Shown here in pieces: positions 34,110-44,164 of a DNA stretch of 64,000 bases. Origin of the DNA: an uncultured Gammaproteobacteria bacterium (lineage in GTDB: Bacteria > Pseudomonadota > Gammaproteobacteria > UBA6002); assembly GCA_963817645.1 (NCBI GenBank), contig CAWFQC010000045.1, positions 16,732 to 80,731 on the forward strand, in the 5' to 3' direction. The stretch's first letter is position 1. The number at the start of each line of letters is the position of its first letter. The notes under the pieces are model-generated. The model was not told the origin of the DNA. It did not search any database and saw only the letters and a list, made by a program, of their open reading frames with translations. Made by a program: the position numbers and the translations under genes.

Positions 34110-35126
34110 ATGATTTCAACTCCTCATCAATCATAAGATACCGCTTGGAAGGACATTTTGGATGCCTATTTCAAAGAATTCGTGGAACTTTGCTTGCCTG
34201 ACCTATATCCGCTTGTTGATTGGAGCAAACCTTGGGTAAATCTTGATAAAGAACTTCATGGAATTACCAAGGATGGCTTAACAGGCAAAAGATTTCTTGA
34301 TAAGTTATTTAGTGTTGTTCTCAAGACTGGTGAGGAAGAATGGATATTAATTCATTTAGAAGTTCAGGCAGAGTCAGATAAATTATTCTCACAGCGTATG
34401 TTTGTTTATGGCTACCGCCTTTTTGACAGATACCAGAAACCAGTATTTAGTTGCGCAATTTTAGCTGATAATAATAAGAATTGGCGACCCAATCACTATG
34501 AAATAGGCATAGCAGGCTCCTGTTTGCGACTTGACTACCAAATAGTAAAGCTCTTGGATTATAAGGGACAAGAAAATGACTTGGAAAATTCCTCGAATCC
34601 TTTTGCCAGCGTAATATTAAGTCATTTGGCTGCCTCGAAAATCAAGAAAAGTCCTAGCAAAGTTCGGTTACAAACCAAGTTGCATTTGACTAAGCGCTTA
34701 TATCGGAAAGGATATAGCAAGGAACAAGTACTAAAATTGTATTTATTTATTGACTGGCTTATTCACTTGCCAGAAGTTTTTGAGATAGAATATAAAGAAG
34801 AAGTATATCAATTAGAGGCGACACAAAAAATGGCTTATATCAGTACTATTGAACGTTTTGGTATTCAAAAAGGGATACAGCAAGGGATGCAGCAAGGGAT
34901 GCAGCAAGGGATGCAAGAAGGATTAAAAGAAGGAATACAACAAGGAGTTCATCGGGGAATCCAACAAGGTGAATACCAATTTTTACTTCATTTATTAAAG
35001 TGTAAATTTTCGTCTATCCCGGAAAAATATTATCAAAGGATTATTTCCGCTGACACTGAAGACTTATTGAAGTGGGGAGAGCGGGTATTAAACGCAAAAA
35101 CATTGAGAGATGTATTTAAAGATTAA
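34110..35126 (+). pseudogene. Rpn/YhgA-like PD-(D/E)XK transposase-family protein with an in-frame TAA at codon 9
   Basis: ATG 34110 reads MISTPHQS*DTAWKDILDAYF, in frame with ORF 34158..35126; LDKEL, ILIHLEVQ, RMFVYGYRLFDRY, QQG repeats, LLKWGERVL. Confidence 0.75.
34878..34913 (+). repeat. 12-bp tandem repeat x3 (QQGM) in the Rpn-like gene
   Basis: (CAGCAAGGGATG)3 with degenerate flanking units. Confidence 0.9.
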
Positions 35127-36427
35127 GCTAGCAGATTCGAATTATTTAGTTCACTTTTTTTATTAGATGGTTTCAGTATTTTTTCAGTTGCTGTTATATC
35201 AAAGTCATTTTCCCACTTAGCAATAACTATTGTTGCCACCCCGTTGCCAATTAGATTCGTTATGGAACGGGCTTCTGACATGAATCTATCTATACCTAAT
35301 AATAAAACTAATCCTTCGACAGGTATTGTATGCAAACTAGTAACTGCTGTTGCTAATGCAATAAATCCACCACCTGTTATAGTTGCAGCGCCTTTTGATG
35401 TTAATAACAAAATAGCAATAATAGTGAATTGGTGCAAAAGAGTGATATGAATATTGAAAGCTTGAGCTATGAACATGATACCCATTGTAAGATATATACT
35501 CATTCCATCAAGGTTAAAGGTGTAACCAGCTGGAAGGACCAGTCCTACGACAACTTTTCCACAGCCAAGCTTTTCTAATTTGCTAATCATCTTGGGTAAA
35601 ACAGCCTCACTTGATGCGGTACTTAATACAATTAATAGCTCTTCTTTTATATATTTTAAAAAATTCCAAAGACTAAATTTATTTAATTTGGCTATAAAAC
35701 CTAAAACAATAAAAATAAATAATAAGCAAGTAAAATAAAAACTAATCAAGAGTTGGCCAAGGGTTGTTAAGGTATGTAGTCCATGTGTACCAATTGTGTA
35801 AGCTATTGCTCCAAACGCACCGATTGGAGCAATTTTCATAAAAAAATTAATGATTGAAAATAGAACATGAGAAATTTGTTCCACAAACAATACAACAGGT
35901 TTCGCCTTTTCTCCCGCGTGTAATAGACCAAAGCCAAACAGAATAGAAACAAACAAAGCAGGGAGAATATCGCCTTTGGTAAATGCACTGGCCAAGGTAT
36001 CAGGAATGATATTTAATAGAAATGTTGCCGCATTAAATGAAGAAGACAGAGTAGTATAATCCCCAATACTCTTGCTATTTAGAGAATGAATATCGATGCT
36101 CAATCCTTTGCCTGGTTGATAATAATTTGCTACCAGTAGGCCTATAAGCATTGCTAAGGCAGTTACTACTTCAAAATAAATTAAAGCCTTAATACCAATG
36201 CGTCCAGCTTCCTTAATATTTTTCATATTAGCAATGCCAGTTACAACGGTAGTAAAAATAATTGGAGGTACCATCATGCGAATAAGCTTAATGAACCCGT
36301 CTCCTAAAGGCTTCATCTTAACGGCTAGTTCAGGATAGAAATGACCAAACAATATCCCAATTAAAATGCTAATAATTACTTGAAAATATAATTGTTTATA
36401 TAATTTAAATTTTTTACCTGCTCTCAT
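35123..36427 (-). CDS. dctA: C4-dicarboxylate:H+ symporter DctA
   Basis: LYFQV, MKPLGDGFIKLI, SSEAVLP, YTFNLDG, TSKGAA, GIDRFMSEAR. Confidence 0.93.
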   Translation of the reverse strand: MRAGKKFKLYKQLYFQVIISILIGILFGHFYPELAVKMKPLGDGFIKLIRMMVPPIIFTTVVTGIANMKNIKEAGRIGIKALIYFEVVTALAMLIGLLVANYYQPGKGLSIDIHSLNSKSIGDYTTLSSSFNAATFLLNIIPDTLASAFTKGDILPALFVSILFGFGLLHAGEKAKPVVLFVEQISHVLFSIINFFMKIAPIGAFGAIAYTIGTHGLHTLTTLGQLLISFYFTCLLFIFIVLGFIAKLNKFSLWNFLKYIKEELLIVLSTASSEAVLPKMISKLEKLGCGKVVVGLVLPAGYTFNLDGMSIYLTMGIMFIAQAFNIHITLLHQFTIIAILLLTSKGAATITGGGFIALATAVTSLHTIPVEGLVLLLGIDRFMSEARSITNLIGNGVATIVIAKWENDFDITATEKILKPSNKKSELNNSNLLA

Positions 36428-36738
36428 TATGCAAGACTCTTAAATCCATCTAAATATTGTGTCACTTCCACTAAGCCCTCTACCTTTTTTATTAATTCTT
36501 TTGGTATGCCACGCAAATCTTTATTATAAGAGTTAATCCAAAGACGGCATTGACTTTCATGGCCACCAAAAAGGTAGTCTAAACTTCGGTACAATCTTAA
36601 AAATAAGATGGCTAAATCCCATTCCTTGCTATATGGCTCGATGTATGCAATATTTTTGAATAAGCGGCTGGCTTTTGCTTCGCTAAAACCAATTGTTAAA
36701 CTTAAATCTTTTTGGGTTAGATCAAGTATCTTACTCAC
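36427..36738 (-). CDS. Xre/MbcA/ParS-type antitoxin (orphan); frame stays open upstream to ~36801 without an ATG
   Basis: Upstream KEIIRKAIINV then SKILDLTQKDL..TIG.SEA..SR HTH; LFLRLYRSLD.LFGG...W....N..L...P.ELI..VEGLVEV..YLD toxin-binding domain. Confidence 0.8.
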   Translation of the reverse strand: MSKILDLTQKDLSLTIGFSEAKASRLFKNIAYIEPYSKEWDLAILFLRLYRSLDYLFGGHESQCRLWINSYNKDLRGIPKELIKKVEGLVEVTQYLDGFKSLA

Positions 36739-36998
36739 ATTTATAATTGCTTTTCGGATAATCTCTTTCTTTCTTTCAGAGTTCTTTGCATCAATCGCTA
36801 ATTATCTTTTTAAAACAAATCTGCTATCATTAAGTAAATCAGGGCTTTTTAGCCTAAGTCTAAGAAATGAAAAGTTACGTCAAAAGGTCCTAAATTCAAG
36901 CATAGCGATAGAGAAATTAGGGGATGAATTAACTAGTGAACTAAGAGCCTGTATCTAATATTAAATTGTCTTTTTGTTACAACAAAGGGAAATTTTTC

Positions 36999-37085
36999 GG
37001 CTCTTCCGGAATTCATATGGGTATTTAAAAAAAACCGCGTTTTCAAAGGGAAACTCTTGTCAACCGCGTGAATTCAGGAAGAGCC
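36999..37085. repeat. 17-bp inverted repeat / long hairpin, possible structured RNA or miniature element
   Basis: GGCTCTTCCGGAATTCA (36999-37015) versus TGAATTCAGGAAGAGCC (37069-37085), 16 of 17 complementary. Confidence 0.7.
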
Positions 37086-37126
37086 AGCTCTTCTTAAATC
37101 CCTGAAAGTGTCAATTGCATTAGGGA

Positions 37127-37642
37127 CTAATCCCCATTTGCCTTCCAACGATCAAACAGCCCTTTGATTAGAGCCAGGCTAAAGAGTGCAAATACATCGA
37201 AGAATAAAAAGGTCCAGCCAGGAATGCTTAATCCCAAGAAGCTCCAGTCTATTTTGGCGCAATCAGAAGTTCCAAGAAACATGGTTTTAATTGCTTGTGA
37301 AAGTGGTAAAGATTTTAGGAGGTAGCTGACACCAGGCACACAAATTTCACCTAATGTATTTGGTTGGCCTTGTAACCAAAGATGTCTGCCTGCAAACAAC
37401 ATTCCAAAAATGGCAAAAATGAATAGTATTAATCCATACACTTTTTGTCCCTTGCTGCCTGGGTTGTGAACTGTTGCTAATAGGAAGATCAAGGCGAGAA
37501 TCCCAAAAATACCTCGTTCTAAAGTACATAAGGGACATGGTTGAAGATTCATTACATTTTGAAGGTAATATGCAAAACCTATTAAGACGCAACAAGTCCA
37601 AAAACTGATGAAATTTAATGTACGTGCTGTGAACGCTTTCAT
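37127..37642 (-). CDS. dsbB: Disulfide bond formation protein DsbB
   Basis: PCPLC..ER, RHLWLQ, second Cys pair, W.FLGLSIPGW. Confidence 0.95.
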   Translation of the reverse strand: MKAFTARTLNFISFWTCCVLIGFAYYLQNVMNLQPCPLCTLERGIFGILALIFLLATVHNPGSKGQKVYGLILFIFAIFGMLFAGRHLWLQGQPNTLGEICVPGVSYLLKSLPLSQAIKTMFLGTSDCAKIDWSFLGLSIPGWTFLFFDVFALFSLALIKGLFDRWKANGD

Positions 37643-37718
37643 TTTAAGTTCCTCTTAGCAGTACGCCAAGCCATTGGCTCTTTGCGATTTATCCATCGCT
37701 TTATATGTTAACAATAGC

Positions 37719-38955
37719 TCAAACATAGCAATTAGCCAAGAAAGAGGTCCCGGTTTTAAAGGGAGGTAATTTAAAAAATTGGGCCAGGCTTTGTCCAATA
37801 TCAGCAAATGTCTGCCGTTTTCCAATGGAACCTGTTGAGGTGATGGCTGGACCGTATACTAAAATAGGAATGTGCTCCCTCGTATGATCAAAGCCTGGCC
37901 AAGTAGGGTCGCAGCCATGATCCGCTGTGATAATGACTAAGTCTCCCTTTTTTAGCAAATTATTTAATTCCGGTAAGCGTTCATCAAACTCTTCTAACGC
38001 AGCCGCATAGCCCTCTACATCACGTCGATGACCATAGGAAGAATCAAAATCCACAAAGTTAGCAAAAATTAGGCTGTGCTCTGGTGCCGTTTTAATGGCT
38101 TGTAAGGTGGCATTAAATATAGCCATATTTCCGCTGACTTTAATCTCTTTGGTAATTCCTTTATGGGCAAAGATGTCCGCTGTTTTGCCGATGGCAATGA
38201 CTTGACCTCCTGCTGTTTTAAGCTTATCAAATAGCGTTACATCAGGTGGCGCTAAGGAATAATCACGTCGGTTGCCTGTGCGATAAAATTGGCCTGCCTC
38301 TCCCAGAAAAGGTCTGGCAATTACTCTTGCGATATTGAATTCAATTGTTAACTCTCTTGCCACTTCACAGACATAATACAGGCGATCTAATCCAAAGTGA
38401 TATTCGTGCGCTGCAACTTGAAAAACACTATCAGGCTGAGGTGTAAACGATTGGCTTATCGCTTCTTATATGCTCTTCTCCTAATTCATGGATAATTTGT
38501 GTGCCTGAGGCATGTCGATTGCCTAACAGGCCTGGCAGTTCGGCTTCTTCAATTAGTTTTGCCAGCAATTCTTCTGGAAAGGTTGGATAGGCTGCGGGAA
38601 AATAACCCCAATCAAATAACACAGGTACACCGCATATTTCCCAGTGGCCACTGGGTGTATCTTTTCCATGGCTAACTTCAACTCCAAACCCATATAAACC
38701 TGCATAATAATATTTACCTTGTAAACTAGGTTGATTGTTGCTTAATCTTTCAGCAGCAAACAAGCCTTGTTTCGCCAAATTAGGAACATAAAGTGCGCCT
38801 GTATGCTTTCTCTTTTTTGTGGTCTGAGTTTTTAAACAATAATCAATAATATGGCCCAGCGTGTTAGAGCCTTCATCTCCATATTTTTTTGCATCATTAG
38901 AAGAACCAATGCCTAGGCTGTCTAGTAATAAGATGATCGCTCGTGCCATATTCAC
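37719..38955 (-). CDS. deoB: Phosphopentomutase, split by an apparent +1 insertion at ~38433 (error or recent pseudogenisation)
   Basis: [39 protein letters not shown]; junction TCA GCC T GAT AGT GTT TTT CAA where YTSADSVFQ is expected. Confidence 0.92.
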
Positions 38956-38973
38956 CCTTATCTTTAGAAATGT

Positions 38974-40272
38974 TTAATCAAGTGGTTTGCAATGGGTCTC
39001 TTTTATAAAGATTGCTGCTATCAGTCCAATAATTAATGTTATAGGCATTATAGACATTGCAATTAAAAAATCATGGTGAGAATAAAAAGGAATGTTATTG
39101 ATCATTTTATGATCCCACGTAAGTCCCATCAGGAAACCAAAAATGGGTTGCGAGATGCCACCTGCCATAATTAAGGTGGAGGCTATACCTTCAGAAGTAC
39201 CGGTGAGTGCTTTTGGATTGCTCTCTGCAATCAAGGGGTAACTCAATATTTGCCCACTCGTAAAGAGTCCTAAGGCAAAAAATAGGATAATTAGACTAGA
39301 GATAGAAAGTGAGGGAACAAGCATAATACTTAAAATTACTGCAAGAGATAACAAAGCACAGAGAATCATGGGCGGTTGCCTACGGCCAATTTTATCTGAA
39401 AGCCAACCGATAAGGGGTGATCCTAAAATGGTGCCAATAAAGATCATTGATGTGACGAAGGAAGACTGCGTACGGGTTAATCCATGAACTTGAACAAGAT
39501 AAAGGCTTCCCCAAAGCGCTCCCATTAACATGAGAGGCAAATTCAACAAGGAGGTGTAGAACCCCCCCAGCCAATTTTGTAAATTTAATAAGGATTGTGT
39601 CAGCGCCTTAAGAAATTGCCGCCAGGAAAGGATTGGCTCAGAATTGATATGGGTAGAATGAGTAGGTTGATCATGTACAAAGAAAAAAATCAAGCCAATT
39701 ATAATTATACCCAACATTGCATCAATGATTAGCATATTTCGCCAACCCAAAATATCTGTTAATAAGGTCATGGGTGTTTGTGCCAGCATTCCACCAAACA
39801 TGGCCATAGTAACCATGAGACCAATAATAAGTGCTAATCTGCGCGCTGGGAACCATCGAGATGCTAAGCGAATACAACTTATAAAGCAGAAGGATCCTCC
39901 CATACCAGTAACGAATCGGCAAACATCCGCTGCCCATGGGCTAGTTACACATGAAAACAAGTATGTGCTTAGCACTGAAGAGGTCATAGCGATTAAAATT
40001 ACTTTTCGCGTTGAGACACGGTCTAAAATCATGCCAGCTGGTAGGACAAAGAGAAATGAGGCATAGAAGTAATTTGCGCAAATTTGCCCAATACGAGCAG
40101 CGCTTATCGCAAATTCATCCATTAAAGAAGGAGTAATTGCATTGAAAATGTTTACCTGAAGAAATTCAAAGAGAAAGAATAAAGCGGCACAAAAGCAGAC
40201 TAGCCATGGTAAGTGGCGAGGGGTTGTTTGTGCATAGCTAATACTAGTGTTAGGGGCAATAGCTGAATTCAT
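38974..40272 (-). CDS. MFS transporter, Pht (phagosomal transporter)-like
   Basis: About 12 TM segments; W.VC..AALFF.FEF.Q, GMILDR, WFP, LWG..YL, GWLSDKIGRR. Confidence 0.8.
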   Translation of the reverse strand: MNSAIAPNTSISYAQTTPRHLPWLVCFCAALFFLFEFLQVNIFNAITPSLMDEFAISAARIGQICANYFYASFLFVLPAGMILDRVSTRKVILIAMTSSVLSTYLFSCVTSPWAADVCRFVTGMGGSFCFISCIRLASRWFPARRLALIIGLMVTMAMFGGMLAQTPMTLLTDILGWRNMLIIDAMLGIIIIGLIFFFVHDQPTHSTHINSEPILSWRQFLKALTQSLLNLQNWLGGFYTSLLNLPLMLMGALWGSLYLVQVHGLTRTQSSFVTSMIFIGTILGSPLIGWLSDKIGRRQPPMILCALLSLAVILSIMLVPSLSISSLIILFFALGLFTSGQILSYPLIAESNPKALTGTSEGIASTLIMAGGISQPIFGFLMGLTWDHKMINNIPFYSHHDFLIAMSIMPITLIIGLIAAIFIKETHCKPLD

Positions 40273-40445
40273 TACATCCCCATTTTGGTGGCAAAATACG
40301 AAAAGATATTATTTTAACTTATTTTTGTTGTAAACTCTAATAAAAATGTGGGAGATCTTTTCTCGAAACTTAATTATCGAGTTTTAGTGCCGGTGTGAAT
40401 CTGATAGTCTGATGGTACGTTACTTAAGGAGGATGTTGTATACTT

Positions 40446-41093
40446 ATGATTGTAATCGATTGTGAGGGTATCATGTTAAAAATGACTTGCCAATTCTCTT
40501 ATATCACCAGCTTGTTATTTTTAGTTTTGGCAGCTTCCAGTGTAACCGCACAAAATCCAATAGCAAGCCAATCGGCAACTGTTGACCAGTCGTCTGCTGG
40601 CACTTATCAGACAACAGCGGACCAGCAAGCGGCAGATGGCACCATTAGTCAAGTTGTCAATAATCCAGATGGTACACAGGTTACTATCAAAAAATACTAT
40701 TGCCCGCAGCCAAGTAAATTAATTAAAAATGGCCTCTACTGGGGAACTGCAACTGGAGGTTGGAAAAGCTATTCCGAATCCTTTGATACGACCATTACAA
40801 GCTTTCTAGGAGCACAATGGGTAGGTGTCAATGTTGGTAAAATGATCTGCATTTACAAGGGGAATTTAGCAATTTCCTTTCCTATTACCTTGCAGAATGA
40901 TATTTTGTCTCAGGTTCCTTCTGGAGACCTATGGGGAAAAGATCAAGGGGGTTATCGTAATTGCCATTCTACTAATATGACTGATTGCCCTTTTGTGGTA
41001 AAAACCCAAGCTGTTAATATGCAGCAGATTTACAAAAGCTTAGACTTTTTTAAGGGTAAACCCGATATCCTGCAACAAGATAACAATCAGTAA
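40446..41093 (+). CDS. eirA: EirA-like T4SS-associated exported protein (start probably 40473)
   Basis: Signal peptide; four-Cys domain CP...GWKSY..SF....FLGAQWVGVNVG...C.Y...FP..L...C......CPF; upstream of acyltransferase-hemC, as I recall for Coxiella eirA. Confidence 0.65.
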   Translation: MIVIDCEGIMLKMTCQFSYITSLLFLVLAASSVTAQNPIASQSATVDQSSAGTYQTTADQQAADGTISQVVNNPDGTQVTIKKYYCPQPSKLIKNGLYWGTATGGWKSYSESFDTTITSFLGAQWVGVNVGKMICIYKGNLAISFPITLQNDILSQVPSGDLWGKDQGGYRNCHSTNMTDCPFVVKTQAVNMQQIYKSLDFFKGKPDILQQDNNQ

Positions 41094-41106
41094 TTAAGGG
41101 GCTTTC

Positions 41107-42036
41107 ATGTTTTCAATAATTTTTGCACCTATTCTGGGAATAATTGCGGGCCTTCTTTTTTTAGTCAACATCCTAATATGCGCATCGCTAGTCATCATCT
41201 GTGGCATTTTAAAAATAATTTCGCCCTTCGCCCTAGGTAAAAAATTTTTCAATTACTTGCAAAATGAGGTTATTACAAGTGTTTGGATAGATATTAATAA
41301 TTGCATTATACAGCTTGCAGCTCCAGTCAAATGGGAAGTCTATGGTCAAGGTGAGCTGCATTTTGATCACTGGTACTTCGTATTTGCCAATCATCAGACT
41401 TGGGCAGACATTCTTGTGCTTCAAAAAGTTTTTAATCGAAAAATTCATTTGCTTAAATTCTTTCTAAAGAAGGAATTATTATGGTCATTGCCACTAGGGG
41501 GTTTGGCTTGTTGGATGTTGGATTTTCCGGTTATGAGACGTTATTCAAAAACGCAGCTTAAAAGAAACCCAGCCCTGAGGAATAAAGATATTGAAACGAC
41601 GAGGGAATCCTGTAGAAAATTTAAACAAGAGCCAACAACTATTATGAATTTCTTAGAAGGGACAAGGTTTACTCCTCAAAAGCAGCAAGACCGTTCCTCG
41701 CCCTATCAGCATTTACTAAGACCTAAAGGAGGTGGATTGGCTTTTGTCGTTAATGAATTAAAAGGCTACATTCATGAAGTCATTGATGTCACTATTGTCT
41801 ATTCTCATGCAGATCCAACCTTCTGGAATTTCTTATGTGGTCGTGTTCATAAAGTCATTGTTTATTATGATGTGATTCCATTACAGTCTCATCAGTATGG
41901 TGATTACTATGGGAATTCATCATTTCGCAAAAATTTCCAAGGATGGGTCAATGAATGTTGGCAAAGGAAAGATAAGCTAATCGCTACTATATTAACAGAT
42001 GGAAATATTGAGGAAAACCTTGAAGTACGCCTTTAG
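41107..42036 (+). CDS. YihG-like 1-acyl-sn-glycerol-3-phosphate acyltransferase
   Basis: NHQTWAD, KFFLKKEL, FLEGTRF, LLRPKGGG, DVTIVY. Confidence 0.9.
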   Translation: MFSIIFAPILGIIAGLLFLVNILICASLVIICGILKIISPFALGKKFFNYLQNEVITSVWIDINNCIIQLAAPVKWEVYGQGELHFDHWYFVFANHQTWADILVLQKVFNRKIHLLKFFLKKELLWSLPLGGLACWMLDFPVMRRYSKTQLKRNPALRNKDIETTRESCRKFKQEPTTIMNFLEGTRFTPQKQQDRSSPYQHLLRPKGGGLAFVVNELKGYIHEVIDVTIVYSHADPTFWNFLCGRVHKVIVYYDVIPLQSHQYGDYYGNSSFRKNFQGWVNECWQRKDKLIATILTDGNIEENLEVRL

Positions 42037-42057
42037 ATTTACCCAAAAGAAAAAGGT

Positions 42058-42969
42058 ATGAGAACAATTATTCGTATAGCAACTCGAAAAAGTCCTCTTG
42101 CTCTTTGGCAAGCTAACTTTGTAAAACAAGCGCTATGTGATCGGCACCCTAATTTAATTGTTGAGTTTCTGGGTATATTGACAACTGCAGACAAGATGCT
42201 AACCACGCCTCTTAATAAAATCGGAGGTAAAGGACTATTCGTTAAAGAATTGGAAACAGCTATTCTCGAAAATCGGGCAGATATTGCAGTTCATTCTATT
42301 AAGGATATGCCTGCCAAGCTACCTGATGGCTTAGAGTTGTCTGTAATCTGCAAACGAGAAGACCCTCGAGATGTTTTTATATCGAAAAGTTATCAGACAT
42401 TATTTGATTTGCCGAAGGGAAGTACTTTAGGAACATCCAGCTTAAGGCGTAAAGCCCAGGTGTTGGCATTGAGATCTGATTTGGAAGTCAGGCCCTTGCG
42501 TGGCAATGTTGGGACGCGCTTACGGAAACTAGATAATGGTGAATTTGATGGAATTATTTTGGCAGCCGCCGGTGTTAAGCGTTTAAAATTAGGGGGTTGT
42601 ATCCAATCTTATTTTGATATTGACCAGATCCTGCCAGCAGCAGGTCAAGGAGCAATTGGAATTGAAAGCCGGTATGGTGACAAAAAAATACTTTCCATCA
42701 TGTCATGCCTTAATGATATTGATACCAGCTTTGAGGTCACAGCAGAGCGCGCTCTAACTGCACAATTGGATGGTAGTTGTCAATTGCCTATTGCAGCCCA
42801 TGCAGTCTGTAATCAGGAAACTTTAACCATTAAAGGTTTGGTAGGCGATTGCTTAGGGAAGAAAATAATCAATGCCATAGAAATAGGCCCCAAAATAGCG
42901 GCAAAAGAGATTGGTCTTGCTTGTGCTCAGAGTTTGATTTCTCAAGGGGCCCTAGACGTATTACCTTGA
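42058..42969 (+). CDS. hemC: Hydroxymethylbilane synthase
   Basis: IATRKSPLALWQA, GKGLFVKELE, GTSSLRR, GSCQLPI. Confidence 0.98.
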   Translation: MRTIIRIATRKSPLALWQANFVKQALCDRHPNLIVEFLGILTTADKMLTTPLNKIGGKGLFVKELETAILENRADIAVHSIKDMPAKLPDGLELSVICKREDPRDVFISKSYQTLFDLPKGSTLGTSSLRRKAQVLALRSDLEVRPLRGNVGTRLRKLDNGEFDGIILAAAGVKRLKLGGCIQSYFDIDQILPAAGQGAIGIESRYGDKKILSIMSCLNDIDTSFEVTAERALTAQLDGSCQLPIAAHAVCNQETLTIKGLVGDCLGKKIINAIEIGPKIAAKEIGLACAQSLISQGALDVLP

Positions 42970-43000
42970 AAATTGGTACTCTAAAGCCTTATTTTCAAGG
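42964..43000. promoter_or_regulatory. 10-bp perfect inverted repeat immediately upstream of the DUF4143 ATPase
   Basis: CCTTGAAAAT-N17-ATTTTCAAGG. Confidence 0.5.
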
Positions 43001-43006
43001 AAAAAT

Positions 43007-44164
43007 ATGGAAAGACCCTATTATCTAAAAAAAATCTCAGACTTGTCCGAACAATTCCCGGCCATCTGCTTACTTGGCCCTCGTCAGGTGGGCAAGACTA
43101 CCCTAGCCAAGCAGTACGCTGAACAGAAAAAAAATCACTTTACGCAAATACATCGGTTTGATTTAGAAAGAATGGAAGATTTAGAAGCCTTGAGGCGTCC
43201 TCAGCTTGCGCTAGGTCACCTGGAAGGATTAATAATTATTGACGAGATCCAGTTGCGTCCAGAATTGTTTCCAACTTTGCGTGTCCTTATCGATGAGCCT
43301 CAGAAAAAACAATCTTGGCTTATCTTGGGAAGTGCTTCAGGTAAGTTACTACACCAATCTTCCGAAACGTTAGCGGGAAGAATTGCTTATTTAGAGATAA
43401 ATCCATTTGATTATAATGAAGTAGATGGTGAAACAGATTTATGGCTTCGAGGCGGATTTCCGAGATCTTATCTTGCACAATCGGATATGGCTAGTTTCGA
43501 ATGGCGCAGACAATATATTAAAACATTTCTTGAGCAAGATATTCCCAATCTTGGAATCCGCATTGCACCTTTAAACTTGCGCCGATTTTGGATGATGCTT
43601 GCACATTACCATGCCAATATCTTTAATGCTGAAGAATTGTCTCGTTCTTTAGGTATCAATAGTAAAAGCGTCCGCCATTATCTAGATATTCTGACAAGTA
43701 CCTTCATGTTCAGGCAACTGCAACCTTGGTGGGAGAATATAAGCAAGCGACAGGTCAAATCCCCCAAAATTTATTTCAGGGATAGTGGTCTTTTACATTT
43801 TTTATTAGATATAGAAGATCGACTCAACTTAAACCGACATCCTAAAATTGGTGCCTCATGGGAAGGTTTTGCTCTAGAGGAAATCATTCGTTACCACCAC
43901 GCAGAGGCCGAAGCTTGCTTTTTTTGGTCAACTCATTCACATGCAGAATTGGATCTAATTTTATTCCAGAAAGGGAAACGCCTTGGTTTTGAGTTTAAAT
44001 ATACCGAAGCGCCAAAATTAACTAAATCAATGCAGATTGCCTGTGAGGATCTAAAACTTGACGAGCTAACAGTCATTTATCCTGGAACTCGACAATTCTT
44101 CCTGAGCGCAAAAATAAAGGCAATTAATTTATTTGATTATTGCAAGGGTATGACATGCTCCTAA
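43007..44164 (+). CDS. AAA_14 ATPase with DUF4143 (PD-(D/E)XK-like) C-terminal domain
   Basis: GPRQVGKTT, IIDEIQ, SETLAGRI, RGGFP, KSPKIYFRDSG, ELDL...FEFK. Confidence 0.9.
   Translation: MERPYYLKKISDLSEQFPAICLLGPRQVGKTTLAKQYAEQKKNHFTQIHRFDLERMEDLEALRRPQLALGHLEGLIIIDEIQLRPELFPTLRVLIDEPQKKQSWLILGSASGKLLHQSSETLAGRIAYLEINPFDYNEVDGETDLWLRGGFPRSYLAQSDMASFEWRRQYIKTFLEQDIPNLGIRIAPLNLRRFWMMLAHYHANIFNAEELSRSLGINSKSVRHYLDILTSTFMFRQLQPWWENISKRQVKSPKIYFRDSGLLHFLLDIEDRLNLNRHPKIGASWEGFALEEIIRYHHAEAEACFFWSTHSHAELDLILFQKGKRLGFEFKYTEAPKLTKSMQIACEDLKLDELTVIYPGTRQFFLSAKIKAINLFDYCKGMTCS

Noticed and set aside
36608-36958. 116-aa + strand ORF as the missing toxin
   Set aside because: It is antisense to the antitoxin, has no RES or other toxin motif, and its composition is typical of a shadow ORF.
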